From: Ignavibacteriales bacterium
Lineage (GTDB): Bacteria > Bacteroidota > Ignavibacteria > UBA10030 > SZUA-254
Assembly: GCA_016218025.1 (NCBI GenBank)
Contig: JACRFD010000044.1
Location: 4,073-68,072 of the forward strand
DNA length: 64,000 nucleotides
Reading direction: 5' to 3'
The position numbers and the translations under genes are program-made. The notes under the pieces were generated by a model that saw only the letters and a program-made list of their open reading frames with translations, was not told the origin of the DNA and did not search any database. This document shows positions 12,068 through 21,762 of the stretch, piece after piece (positions within the stretch are counted from its first letter, which is position 1; the number at the start of each line of letters is the position of its first letter).

Positions 12068-12318
12068 TGTAGGCGAGACCATAAATATCGTGCCTACACA
12101 ATAAATTCTTTCATCCAAACTTTTGCTGTGTTATTTATTGATCACCCGCTACATCGAAATTTGCTATAGAAACACGGAATCAACTTCAGCAATACGGGTT
12201 TGCAAGCTAAGAAACCTCCCGAAGGTTACCGAAGGATAAATAAATCAACCTTCGGGAGGTTACACAGGAAAACCTCCGGTATCTTCTAAAGTTATTCATG
12301 GTAAGATACGGGAGGTTT
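12068..12318. repeat. Cluster of REP-like palindromes
   Basis: tgtaggc..gcctaca (12068-12098); perfect 15-bp inverted repeat aacctcccgaaggtt/aaccttcgggaggtt (12213-12261); 16-bp inverted repeat with one mismatch (12270-12318). Confidence 0.75.
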
Positions 12319-12394
12319 ATTGATGAGGAGGGGGCAATCTTTGAATTCAATTCAAAAATATCATATATTAAAAAAAATAAAATGGAGATTGAAG

Positions 12395-13102
12395 ATGGTA
12401 CCACGCACTGAACGCGAAGCGATGATCGATGCTCAACTTGATCTTGTTCTAAAAACACAGCAAGATGTATGGCGGGTATTCCGCGTAATGGCAGAATTCG
12501 TAGAGGGTTTTTCAACGCTTGGCAAATTAGGTCCATGCGTTTCAATATTCGGATCGGCAAGGGTTGCACCCGGTACACAATATTACCGGCTCGCAAAAAC
12601 CGTCGCGAAAGAATTTGTCCATGCCGGTTACGGCGTTATTTCGGGCGGAGGACCCGGCATAATGGAAGCGGCAAACCGCGGCGCCCGTGAGGCGGCAGGT
12701 ACATCGGTCGGTATCAATATTGACCTGCCATTTGAACAAAAAGCAAATCCTTACATTGATCCTGATAAATTAATCACGTTCAGACATTTTTACGTGCGCA
12801 AAGTTATGTTCGTAAAATACGCGCAGGGATTTATTGTAATGCCAGGCGGTTTCGGTACGTTCGATGAATTCTTCGAATCAATAACTCTGATCCAAACAAA
12901 AAAAATACATCCATTCCCGATTGTCCTGATGGGTTCGGATTATTGGAAAGGATTGATTGATTGGTTGAAGGATCGTGTAATAAGTGAAGGTATGATTTCA
13001 AAATCCGATTTCGATCTATTCTCAATAACCGACGATCCGAAACATGCAGTTGCAACCGTTAAACGTTTTTACAAAAAAGAAGAACACGGACCGAATTTCT
13101 AA
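12395..13102 (+). CDS. LOG family nucleotide phosphoribohydrolase (TIGR00730-like)
   Basis: FGSAR, GGGPGIMEA, RKVMF, PGGFGTFDE; start moved to the ATG following a GGAG SD. Confidence 0.93.
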   Translation: MVPRTEREAMIDAQLDLVLKTQQDVWRVFRVMAEFVEGFSTLGKLGPCVSIFGSARVAPGTQYYRLAKTVAKEFVHAGYGVISGGGPGIMEAANRGAREAAGTSVGINIDLPFEQKANPYIDPDKLITFRHFYVRKVMFVKYAQGFIVMPGGFGTFDEFFESITLIQTKKIHPFPIVLMGSDYWKGLIDWLKDRVISEGMISKSDFDLFSITDDPKHAVATVKRFYKKEEHGPNF

Positions 13103-13124
13103 TCTATTTTTAAACTGATTACAG

Positions 13125-13661
13125 ATGCCGCTTAAGAAGTGGAAGAAAATAAAACAAACACTAGAGATAAAAAATCAATGGTGGAGTTACAGAAAAGATG
13201 AACTGGTTCTTCCATCCGGTAAATCGGGTGAATACCATTATGTACATACTAACGGATCAAGTATGGTAATTCCGGTTTTAGAAAACGGTAAGATTATTTT
13301 GGTAAAACAATATCGTTATCTTGCCGAAAGAGAGAGTATAGAATTTGTTTGCGGAAGTGTCAAAGATAAATCCACTCATTATGAAACCGCTGTTGCTGAA
13401 CTTGCCGAGGAAGCAGGATTTAAATCGAGTGAATTGATTCCGGCTGGTGAATTCAATCCTTATAATGGTATAACCGATGAAATGTGCACAGTTTACATCG
13501 CCAAAAATTTAACTGTGGTGAAATCACAACCGGACGAGACAGAAGAATTTGAAATGCTAGCGTTGAGTAGATTGGAAATAGATGAAAAAATTAAATCAGG
13601 CGAAATTTGGGACGGAATGACGCTTGCAGCATGGTTGATCGTACGGGAGAAAATCTTGTAA
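13125..13661 (+). CDS. NUDIX hydrolase (ADP-ribose pyrophosphatase-like)
   Basis: KQYRY and Nudix box variant G..AVAELAEEAG. Confidence 0.88.
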   Translation: MPLKKWKKIKQTLEIKNQWWSYRKDELVLPSGKSGEYHYVHTNGSSMVIPVLENGKIILVKQYRYLAERESIEFVCGSVKDKSTHYETAVAELAEEAGFKSSELIPAGEFNPYNGITDEMCTVYIAKNLTVVKSQPDETEEFEMLALSRLEIDEKIKSGEIWDGMTLAAWLIVREKIL

Positions 13662-14899
13662 TGATTCAGTTCTATCGTAAATCTATTCTACTTTCCATTT
13701 TTGTTATAATATTCTTCACAATCGGGAAAAGTCAACGCGTAAAAGTTGGTGCGGAAGTTTTAGTTGAAAAACATTTAGATTCTTTAAAAGGGAAGAGAAT
13801 CGGAATCATTTGCAATCAAACATCGGTATTGCCGGACGGTACTTATCTTGTTGATACCTTATTGAAACTGGGTGTAAATATAAAAGCATTATTCGCACCA
13901 GAACATGGAATACGCGGTAATAAACAAGCCGGTGAAAAAATTGATAACGAAAAAGATGCGCGGACAGGGCTCACCGTTTACTCGCTTTATGGCGGTTCGC
14001 GTAAACCCGACGCGAAAATGTTGAATGACATTGATCTTTTAATTTTTGATATGCAGGATGTTGGTGCAAGGTTTTACACTTACGCAAGCACTATGGCATA
14101 TTGCATGATTGCCGCCGCGGAAAACAATAAAAAGTTTTTTGTTCTCGACAGGCCAAACCCGATCAATGGAATAGATATTGAGGGTCCACCTCTGGATTTA
14201 TCTTTGATATCTTTTTTAGGGATTACACCGATTCCTGTGCGTCATGGTTTAACCATCGGCGAGATAGCTCGCATGATGATTGGCGAAGGTTATCTCAATC
14301 CATCAACAGTTAATTTGACTGTAATTCCGATGGAAGGATGGAAGAGAACGATGTGGTACGATGAAACCGGATTACCATGGATATCGCCGTCACCGAATAT
14401 GAAAACGCTCCAAACAGCAACTGTCTACCCTGGAAGTTGTTTCTTCGAAGCAACAAATATTTCAGAAGGGCGCGGTACAAAAAAACCGTTCGAATATATT
14501 GGCGCGCCGAAGCTCAATAATAAAAAACTCATATCGAAACTTACTGGATTAAAGATTCCGGGTGTAAAATTTTCACCGATTGAATTTACACCGCAGGGTG
14601 ATACTTCAGCCGTGGTAAAACCAAAATTCCATAATAAACTTTGTAAAGGTGTCTTTATACAGGTTACCGATCGAACAAAATTTAAACCTGTGATTACGGG
14701 TTTGATGATTCTTAAAACCATCCGCGACCTCTATCCTAAATCTTTTGTATTCAAGAAAGGCTTATTTGATAGGTTAATGGGTGATGAAATGGTGAGCGAA
14801 AAGTTAGAAAAGGGTGAGGTGAATCTGAATAGTTTTAAGATTTTTGATACTCAAATCAGCCAATATCTTCAAATCAGGTCTAAATATCTTCTCTATTGA
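13661..14899 (+). CDS. namZ: Exo-beta-N-acetylmuramidase NamZ family (DUF1343)
   Basis: FAPEHGIRG, FDMQDVGARFYTY, LDRPNP, SEGRGT; signal peptide; TAATG coupling. Confidence 0.9.
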   Translation: MIQFYRKSILLSIFVIIFFTIGKSQRVKVGAEVLVEKHLDSLKGKRIGIICNQTSVLPDGTYLVDTLLKLGVNIKALFAPEHGIRGNKQAGEKIDNEKDARTGLTVYSLYGGSRKPDAKMLNDIDLLIFDMQDVGARFYTYASTMAYCMIAAAENNKKFFVLDRPNPINGIDIEGPPLDLSLISFLGITPIPVRHGLTIGEIARMMIGEGYLNPSTVNLTVIPMEGWKRTMWYDETGLPWISPSPNMKTLQTATVYPGSCFFEATNISEGRGTKKPFEYIGAPKLNNKKLISKLTGLKIPGVKFSPIEFTPQGDTSAVVKPKFHNKLCKGVFIQVTDRTKFKPVITGLMILKTIRDLYPKSFVFKKGLFDRLMGDEMVSEKLEKGEVNLNSFKIFDTQISQYLQIRSKYLLY

Positions 14900-14977
14900 T
14901 TTTTCCTCGCTGGATTTTTGACATTTTGGCAAATTTTTGTTATATTTTTAACCGTTTTAAAGGTCAATCCAAACATA

Positions 14978-15886
14978 ATGGCATTAGAAAATGTTAGAGA
15001 AAGAAAACAAAAACGCCGGTATACTTTCGTAGTTGTCCCGGATGTAAAGTCTGAGAAGACTCGCACATTTTCTATTACACGCTTAGGTTTGATTGGTTTA
15101 ATAATTTCGATTTTGATTGTCTTCATTGCCGTTATGCTGGCAATAATTATTTATACTCCGATCGGCGGTCAACTTCCTATTTCCCAGTCTGCTATTGCAA
15201 AAAAATATAACAGGCAGATGGTTGATGTTCAAAATCAGTTGAAGTCATTAGTTCAGGAGATGACTATCATCCGCAGTTATAATATCAGATTGAGAAATGT
15301 GCTTGGTGAAAAAATAACTATTGAAGATAGTTTACGGATGGTAAATAGTGCAACAGACTCTATGGCGCTTGCCGCGCGGTTCAAAGTTGAGCCGGAAGAA
15401 AAATCTTCTCCCGAACCAATAGAGCAGCAGAGTGCGGTTCCAATTAATCAACAAATTTCCGGATCAGAGTTAATTCCAACGCGGCAGATGTTGAATTCGA
15501 ATTTTACTAATCAACTGCCATTAATTTTGCCTGTGAATGGATACTTAGCAAGAGGTTTTGAACCGCAACAATTTCATTATGGCATAGACCTGGCGGGACG
15601 GGCAAGAATGCCCGTTGTATCTGCAGCAAATGGTTCGGTAATTTTTTCGAACTGGACGACTGAAGATGGTTATGTAATTATGATTGTGCACGATGGCGGT
15701 TATATTACAGTTTATAAACACAATTTTTCATTATTAAAAAACATTGGTGAACGGGTTCGCCGGGGTGAACCAATAGCATTACTGGGAAATACAGGTGAAC
15801 GAAGTCACGGACCCCACTTGCATTTTGAGTTATGGATTAATGGTGTTGTGCAAGACCCGGCAAATTATTTATTGAACACAAATTAA
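14978..15886 (+). CDS. M23 family peptidoglycan metallopeptidase with N-terminal TM helix
   Basis: HYGID (HxxxD) and GPHLHFE (HxH) motifs. Confidence 0.92.
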   Translation: MALENVRERKQKRRYTFVVVPDVKSEKTRTFSITRLGLIGLIISILIVFIAVMLAIIIYTPIGGQLPISQSAIAKKYNRQMVDVQNQLKSLVQEMTIIRSYNIRLRNVLGEKITIEDSLRMVNSATDSMALAARFKVEPEEKSSPEPIEQQSAVPINQQISGSELIPTRQMLNSNFTNQLPLILPVNGYLARGFEPQQFHYGIDLAGRARMPVVSAANGSVIFSNWTTEDGYVIMIVHDGGYITVYKHNFSLLKNIGERVRRGEPIALLGNTGERSHGPHLHFELWINGVVQDPANYLLNTN

Positions 15887-15897
15887 AAGGAGTTTCT

Positions 15898-16296
15898 ATG
15901 GCATTAAAACCAGAAACGGGGACAGAATTAAACCTGATAGCAGCGGGAACGGTTTTCGAAGGAAAGCTCCGTACCCCGGGCAGTATTCGCATCGATGGAA
16001 AAATTATCGGCGAAGTGAATGCATCACAAAATATCGCCATCGGTAGTTCGGGTGACGTCGATGGTAATATGAATGCGAAAAGCATCACTATCGGCGGGAA
16101 AATAAAAGGGACGATAACTGCACAGGAAAAATTAGTTTTCGAATCGAAAGCAGTGATTAAAGGTGATATTCGCGCTGCGAAGTTAGTGATAGATGAAGGT
16201 GCAATATTCGATGGTAAATGCACAATGGGTGAGACTAAATCGATGCCAAATCTTGTCGAGCTTAAACCTGAAGCACGACGAGTTGAAGAACGATAG
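15898..16296 (+). CDS. Bactofilin (polymer-forming cytoskeletal protein)
   Basis: Beta-helix repeats IRIDGKIIG..GDI..KLVIDEGAIFDGKC. Confidence 0.92.
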   Translation: MALKPETGTELNLIAAGTVFEGKLRTPGSIRIDGKIIGEVNASQNIAIGSSGDVDGNMNAKSITIGGKIKGTITAQEKLVFESKAVIKGDIRAAKLVIDEGAIFDGKCTMGETKSMPNLVELKPEARRVEER

Positions 16297-16302
16297 CTAA
16301 AA

Positions 16303-16569
16303 ATGCCCGGTCCGCAGATCGAAAAAGACGAGGATAAGAAATCGTCTTATTTCAGTTCGATGCGTAAAGCCGGTCCTTTGTTTGGTTCAGGTGTTCAACT
16401 GGCGGCGAGTGTCGTTATTATGTTTTTCCTGGGCAAATGGGCAGATAGTGAATTGGATACAAAACCATGGATGATGTTGATAGGAATATTTTTTGGGACT
16501 ACAGCAGGTCTTTATAATTTTTTTAAAACAGTCAATCGAATCGAAAAAGGAAATAATGAGTTAAAATGA
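16303..16569 (+). CDS. AtpZ/AtpI family protein
   Basis: GKWAD..TKPW two-TM pattern at the head of the atp operon. Confidence 0.85.
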   Translation: MPGPQIEKDEDKKSSYFSSMRKAGPLFGSGVQLAASVVIMFFLGKWADSELDTKPWMMLIGIFFGTTAGLYNFFKTVNRIEKGNNELK

Positions 16570-16955
16570 AGATTGACTGGTTGTTCCCGCGGCAAATATT
16601 GATTGCAACGACAATAATTTGGGTATTAGGAGGATATCCGCTGATTAGTAAGGCGGAAAATTCCACAATAATTGCTGTTATCTTTGGAATGATTTTGTCG
16701 ATAATAAATGTATTGCTCGGTTTTCTTGCGATACAATATTCTATAGGGAAATCAACTGCTACCTTTTTTAAATTTGTAATCGGAGGAATGGGGCTCAGGT
16801 TATTGATTTTTGCTGTTGTGCTGGTTGTGATGATTAAAATATATTCTATTCCCTCATTAGCTTTAATTAGTTCTTTGGGAATTTTTTATATGGTGTTTTT
16901 GGTTTTAGAAGTGTTATATATTCAAAAAAAAGTAGAAATTAAACAACAAAATTAA
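16566..16955 (+). CDS. ATP synthase protein I-like membrane protein
   Basis: Four hydrophobic helices with MGLRL motif, upstream of atpB. Confidence 0.75.
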   Translation: MKIDWLFPRQILIATTIIWVLGGYPLISKAENSTIIAVIFGMILSIINVLLGFLAIQYSIGKSTATFFKFVIGGMGLRLLIFAVVLVVMIKIYSIPSLALISSLGIFYMVFLVLEVLYIQKKVEIKQQN

Positions 16956-16962
16956 GAATCCG

Positions 16963-17886
16963 GTGTATTTTAACAATCCAGATACAATTAGCACGATAAT
17001 TTCGGGGCACGATACATTGCATGCCGTTGCTCAATCAGGTGCACATGGAGGAGGAGGTGGAAATCTTTTCACAGGCTTGCTCCACCATGTATATGATTCG
17101 AATGAACTAGATTTACCTTTCCTAGGAAAAATTGAATTACCCCATTTTCAACCGATTCATGTCGGTGGTTTGACTTTAGATTTTTCAATTACAAAGCATG
17201 TTGTTTTTCTTTGGGTTGCTGCAGTTATCTTGATTGTCTTTGCTATAGTTGCGGCACAGAAAAATAAAAAGAATCCGATTCCGAAAGGATTTGGTAACCT
17301 GGTTGAAGTTTTCGTTTTGTTCATACGTGATGAAGTGGCAGTACCGAATATGGGGCCAGGGGGCGTGAAATATCTTCCATATCTGCTTACTACATTTTTC
17401 TTCATTTTGATAATGAATCTTTCGGGACTTGTTCCATATGGTGCCACTGCAACAGGAAACATCAGTGTTACTGCTGGACTTGCGATAATCGCATTTTTTA
17501 TGATACAAATCTCTGCAATCAGGTCTCAAGGTTTAGGTCATTATCTGAAACATCTCACGGGTGGAGTGCACTGGGCTTTGTGGCCTATAATGATTCCTAT
17601 TGAAGTTCTTGGCTTATTCACCAAACCATTTGCATTAATGGTACGTTTATTTGCCAACATGATCGGTGGTCACATTGTTATTGTATCGCTCATCGGTCTG
17701 ATATTTATTTTTCAATCTTGGTTCATCGCTCCAGTACCGATTATTTTTGTACTCGGAATCAATATGCTCGAACTTTTCGTGGCATTTTTACAAGCATATA
17801 TTTTTACAATGCTGACTTCTCTATTCATGGGTCTTGGTATGCAAGCGGCTCATGAAGATGGCGAGCAGCACGAACATGGACATTAA
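16963..17886 (+). CDS. atpB: F0F1 ATP synthase subunit a
   Basis: KPFALMVRLFANM, ELFVAFLQAYIF. Confidence 0.97.
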   Translation: MYFNNPDTISTIISGHDTLHAVAQSGAHGGGGGNLFTGLLHHVYDSNELDLPFLGKIELPHFQPIHVGGLTLDFSITKHVVFLWVAAVILIVFAIVAAQKNKKNPIPKGFGNLVEVFVLFIRDEVAVPNMGPGGVKYLPYLLTTFFFILIMNLSGLVPYGATATGNISVTAGLAIIAFFMIQISAIRSQGLGHYLKHLTGGVHWALWPIMIPIEVLGLFTKPFALMVRLFANMIGGHIVIVSLIGLIFIFQSWFIAPVPIIFVLGINMLELFVAFLQAYIFTMLTSLFMGLGMQAAHEDGEQHEHGH

Positions 17887-17928
17887 TTATTATATAAATT
17901 ATTAATCTATCATTACAGGAGATAAAGA

Positions 17929-18156
17929 ATGGAAGCAAACGCATTAGGATATCTTGCAGCAGGCATAGGCGCCGGTATTACAGTAATTGGTGCTGGACTC
18001 GGAATCGGTAAACTCGCCGCAGCAGCAATGGAAGCCTCGGGACGTCAACCGGAAGTTGCAGGACAAGTGAGAACCTCTATGCTGATCGCCGCAGCTCTGA
18101 TCGAAGGTGCAACCTTCTTCGCTTTAGCGATTTGCATTATTTTAGCTACAAAATAA
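17929..18156 (+). CDS. atpE: F0F1 ATP synthase subunit c
   Basis: GAGLGIG, RQPE, ALIEG; lacks the Q..ES/T Na+ signature, so H+-type by inference. Confidence 0.97.
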   Translation: MEANALGYLAAGIGAGITVIGAGLGIGKLAAAAMEASGRQPEVAGQVRTSMLIAAALIEGATFFALAICIILATK

Positions 18157-18166
18157 CAGGACATAT

Positions 18167-18652
18167 ATGCTTAATCCGAATCCCGGACTTATAATCTGGA
18201 CGATTATAACATTCGTTCTTCTTTTAATAATTTTGAAGAAGTTCGCGTGGAAGCCCCTTCTCGGCAGTTTACATCAACGGGAAGATAGTGTTCGTAACTC
18301 CATCGAGCGTGCCGAACTTGCAAAAAATGAGGCTGAAAAATTATTGGAAGAAAATAAAAAACAACTTGAACGAGCTGAACAAGAAGGCAGAAAAATTTTA
18401 AATGAAAATCGTGCTCTTGCCGAAAAGTTGAAAGAAGAAATAATCGAAAAGGCAAACCAGCAATCGAAAAAAATGATCGAGATGGCGAAACAGGAAATCG
18501 AGCGAGATAAAGATGCAGCCCTTGTTTCTTTACGAGGCGAAGTTGCAAACCTCGCAATTCAAGCCGCCGGTAAAATACTTGACGAGACTCTCGACGAGAA
18601 TAAACACCGCAAATTGGTTGATTCTTATTTAAAAGGATTGCCTAAGAACTGA
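18167..18652 (+). CDS. atpF: F0F1 ATP synthase subunit b
   Basis: N-terminal TM helix, KFAWKP, long coiled coil. Confidence 0.95.
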   Translation: MLNPNPGLIIWTIITFVLLLIILKKFAWKPLLGSLHQREDSVRNSIERAELAKNEAEKLLEENKKQLERAEQEGRKILNENRALAEKLKEEIIEKANQQSKKMIEMAKQEIERDKDAALVSLRGEVANLAIQAAGKILDETLDENKHRKLVDSYLKGLPKN

Positions 18653-18658
18653 GGATTA

Positions 18659-19204
18659 ATGAGAGAAGTTAGAACAGCCCAGCGTTACGCCCGTGCCATT
18701 ATCGAATTATCTGACGAGATGAAAAATCTCGATACATTATTTCGAGATTTCGAGCTACTTAATTCTATAATTCTGAATGTACGGGAGTTTAAACTTTTAC
18801 TCAATAATCCGGTTATTAACACGGAGAAGAAAAAGCGATTACTGTCGGAATTGTTAAAAGATAAAGTCAGTGAACTCACTATGAAATTCTTGTTGATTCT
18901 CACGACGAAGAACCGTGAAGGATTGTTGCCCGATATCATACACGAATTCTTCACGATGCGTGATGAAAAATTAGGAATTTTGAATGTTAGCGTTCAAACG
19001 GCTGTTCCATTTTCAAGCAGTCAGCAAGATAGCTTAGTTCGTCAATTAGGTTCGATCACTAAGATGAAAGTAAAAATAAAATATAATCTCGATCAATCCA
19101 TTCGCGGTGGATTTAAAGTTCAATATCAGGATACGGTTTGGGATGCAAGTGTTCAGCATCAACTTGACCTTTTGCGAAAACGATTCGCAGAAGGAACAGT
19201 TTAA
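18659..19204 (+). CDS. atpH: F1 ATP synthase subunit delta
   Basis: AQRYARA N-terminus, GG..WDASV; operon position. Confidence 0.93.
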   Translation: MREVRTAQRYARAIIELSDEMKNLDTLFRDFELLNSIILNVREFKLLLNNPVINTEKKKRLLSELLKDKVSELTMKFLLILTTKNREGLLPDIIHEFFTMRDEKLGILNVSVQTAVPFSSSQQDSLVRQLGSITKMKVKIKYNLDQSIRGGFKVQYQDTVWDASVQHQLDLLRKRFAEGTV

Positions 19205-19227
19205 AATAAAATTAGAAGGATATTTAA

Positions 19228-20772
19228 ATGGCAGAAGTTAGACCCGATGAAGTTTCCGCAATATTAAGAAAACAACTTTCCGGTTTCGAAAAAGAAGTTG
19301 ATATTTATGACGTAGGAACCGTGCTTCAGGTTGGTGATGGTATAGCACGCGTTTACGGCTTATCGAAGGTGATGGCTAGCGAACTGGTTGAGTTCCCTCA
19401 CGGTGTTTTCGGTATGGTGTTGAATCTTGAAGAGGATAATGTGGGCTGCATCCTTTTCGGCGAAAGTACGATGATCAAAGAAGGTGATACGGTAAAACGC
19501 ACTGGTCGCGTCGCATCGATGCAGGTAGGTGAACAAATGTTAGGAAGGGTAATCAACCCTCTTGGTCAGCCCATAGATGAACGTGGACCAATCAAGACTG
19601 ATAAGTTTCTTCCGATAGAACGAAAGGCACTCGGTGTCATTCAACGCCAACCGGTCAAAGAACCTCTCCAAACCGGAATCAAAGCAGTTGATGCAATGAT
19701 CCCGATAGGACGTGGTCAGCGCGAATTAATAATCGGCGACAGACAAACCGGCAAAACTGCCATTGCCATAGATGCAATCATTAATCAGAAATATACTCAT
19801 ACAGAAGAAGCTAAACGATCAGGCGTGAAACCAATGTACTGTATTTATGTTGCGATCGGACAAAAAGGGTCAACTGTTGCACAAGTTGTGGCAAAGCTTC
19901 AGGAAGAAGGTGCCATGGATTATACAACGGTGATTACGGCTACAGCCAGCGATCCATCCCCACTTCAGTTTATTGCTCCCTATGCCGGAGCCACGCTTGG
20001 TGAGTTTTTCAGGGATAGTGGACGACATGCTTTAGTTATATATGACGACTTATCCAAACATGCACAAGCTTATCGACAGGTTTCCTTGTTGTTAAGAAGA
20101 CCACCGGGACGTGAAGCATATCCGGGTGATGTTTTTTACCTGCATTCACGTTTATTAGAACGTGCTTCGAAACTGAGCGAAGATATTGGTGGCGGAAGTT
20201 TAACAGCTCTTCCAGTAATTGAAACTCAAGCCGGTGACGTTTCTGCATATATTCCTACAAACGTAATTTCAATTACCGACGGACAAATATATCTCGAACC
20301 AAATCTATTTAATTCAGGCGTTAGGCCTGCCATCAACGTTGGAATCTCAGTATCGCGTGTGGGTGGAAATGCCCAGATCAAAGCGATGAAAAAGGTTGCC
20401 GGCAGATTGCGGTTAGATCTCGCTCAATACCGTGAGTTGGAGGCATTTGCCAAATTCGGTTCTGATCTCGATAAGGCGACTCAACAGCAATTGCGGCGCG
20501 GAGCGAGATTAGTTGAACTGCTCAAGCAGGGACAATTTGTTCCCATGCCTGTTGAAAAGCAAGTAGTGAGTATTTTTTCAGGTACAAATGGATATCTTGA
20601 TGAAGTTGAATTAGCAGATGTTCAACGATTTGAAAAAGAATTCTTAGAGATGATGGAGATAAAACACCGCGATCTTCTGAATAAAATTGCAGAGACAAAA
20701 GATCTTGCCGACGATATTCAAAAGAAACTTCACGAAATCCTTAAAGAGTTCACATCAGTTTTTAAGAAATAA
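19228..20772 (+). CDS. atpA: F1 ATP synthase subunit alpha
   Basis: [30 protein letters not shown]. Confidence 0.99.
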   Translation: MAEVRPDEVSAILRKQLSGFEKEVDIYDVGTVLQVGDGIARVYGLSKVMASELVEFPHGVFGMVLNLEEDNVGCILFGESTMIKEGDTVKRTGRVASMQVGEQMLGRVINPLGQPIDERGPIKTDKFLPIERKALGVIQRQPVKEPLQTGIKAVDAMIPIGRGQRELIIGDRQTGKTAIAIDAIINQKYTHTEEAKRSGVKPMYCIYVAIGQKGSTVAQVVAKLQEEGAMDYTTVITATASDPSPLQFIAPYAGATLGEFFRDSGRHALVIYDDLSKHAQAYRQVSLLLRRPPGREAYPGDVFYLHSRLLERASKLSEDIGGGSLTALPVIETQAGDVSAYIPTNVISITDGQIYLEPNLFNSGVRPAINVGISVSRVGGNAQIKAMKKVAGRLRLDLAQYRELEAFAKFGSDLDKATQQQLRRGARLVELLKQGQFVPMPVEKQVVSIFSGTNGYLDEVELADVQRFEKEFLEMMEIKHRDLLNKIAETKDLADDIQKKLHEILKEFTSVFKK

Positions 20773-20778
20773 TTATAG

Positions 20779-21672
20779 ATGGCAACACTCAGAGAAATCC
20801 GACGACGCATAAGCGGTGTAAAGAACACACAAAAAATTACAAAGGCGATGAAGATGGTTGCCGCCGCAAAACTTCGCCGCGCTCAGGATGCAGTAGTTTC
20901 CGCCCGTCCATATGCAAAGAAATTGAAAGAACTTCTTCATAATCTCGGTTCAGTTTCTGAGGTGATTGCCAATCCGCTTTTTACAGAGCGTGAAGTAAAG
21001 TCGGTTGCAATTCTGGTGGTAACCGCCGATCGCGGACTTTGTGGTGCGTTTAATTCAAATATAATCAGAACCACAGTTAATCATATTCACAATAATTATG
21101 CGAAATTACATTCCGAAGGAAAGGTGAAGCTGATCTGCATCGGGAGAAAGGGCGCGGAATTTTTCGGTAAGAATAATTATCAATTGAAAAATAAATACAC
21201 CGGAATTTATGGGAGTTTGCATTATTCTCACGCTGTAACGATAACAGATGAAATCGTTCAGGGATTCAATTTGTTTGAATTCGATAAGGTTGAAATAATC
21301 TATAATGAATTCAAATCGATTATTCAGCAACGAATTGTAACGGATCAAATCATACCTATAAAATCTCTACCAGTTGATAAAGGAAAGCAAGCTGGGCAGA
21401 AGATAAACAGCAATTATATTTATGAGCCATCAAGCGAAGCGATTTTGAATTCACTCATTCCAAAACATTTAACTTTTCAAGTCTGGCATGCACTTCTCGA
21501 ATCCAATGCATCGGAGCAAGGGGCAAGAATGTCAGCCATGGATAATGCAACCTCGAACGCTTCCGACATGATAAAATCTCTCCAACTATCATATAATAAA
21601 GCCCGACAATCATCAATTACAAAAGAATTGTTGGAAATTGTCAGCGGGGCTGAAGCACTAAAAGCCAGGTAA
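20779..21672 (+). CDS. atpG: F1 ATP synthase subunit gamma
   Basis: KITKAMKMVAAAK, DRGLCG, RQSSITKELLEIVSGA. Confidence 0.98.
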   Translation: MATLREIRRRISGVKNTQKITKAMKMVAAAKLRRAQDAVVSARPYAKKLKELLHNLGSVSEVIANPLFTEREVKSVAILVVTADRGLCGAFNSNIIRTTVNHIHNNYAKLHSEGKVKLICIGRKGAEFFGKNNYQLKNKYTGIYGSLHYSHAVTITDEIVQGFNLFEFDKVEIIYNEFKSIIQQRIVTDQIIPIKSLPVDKGKQAGQKINSNYIYEPSSEAILNSLIPKHLTFQVWHALLESNASEQGARMSAMDNATSNASDMIKSLQLSYNKARQSSITKELLEIVSGAEALKAR

Positions 21673-21762
21673 TTTATCCTCCCACAATAAATTTGGTTTT
21701 CTTTTTTATCATCGTTAGATTGATTTAACACCTAATCCACTGATATGATTATAAGGATTATT

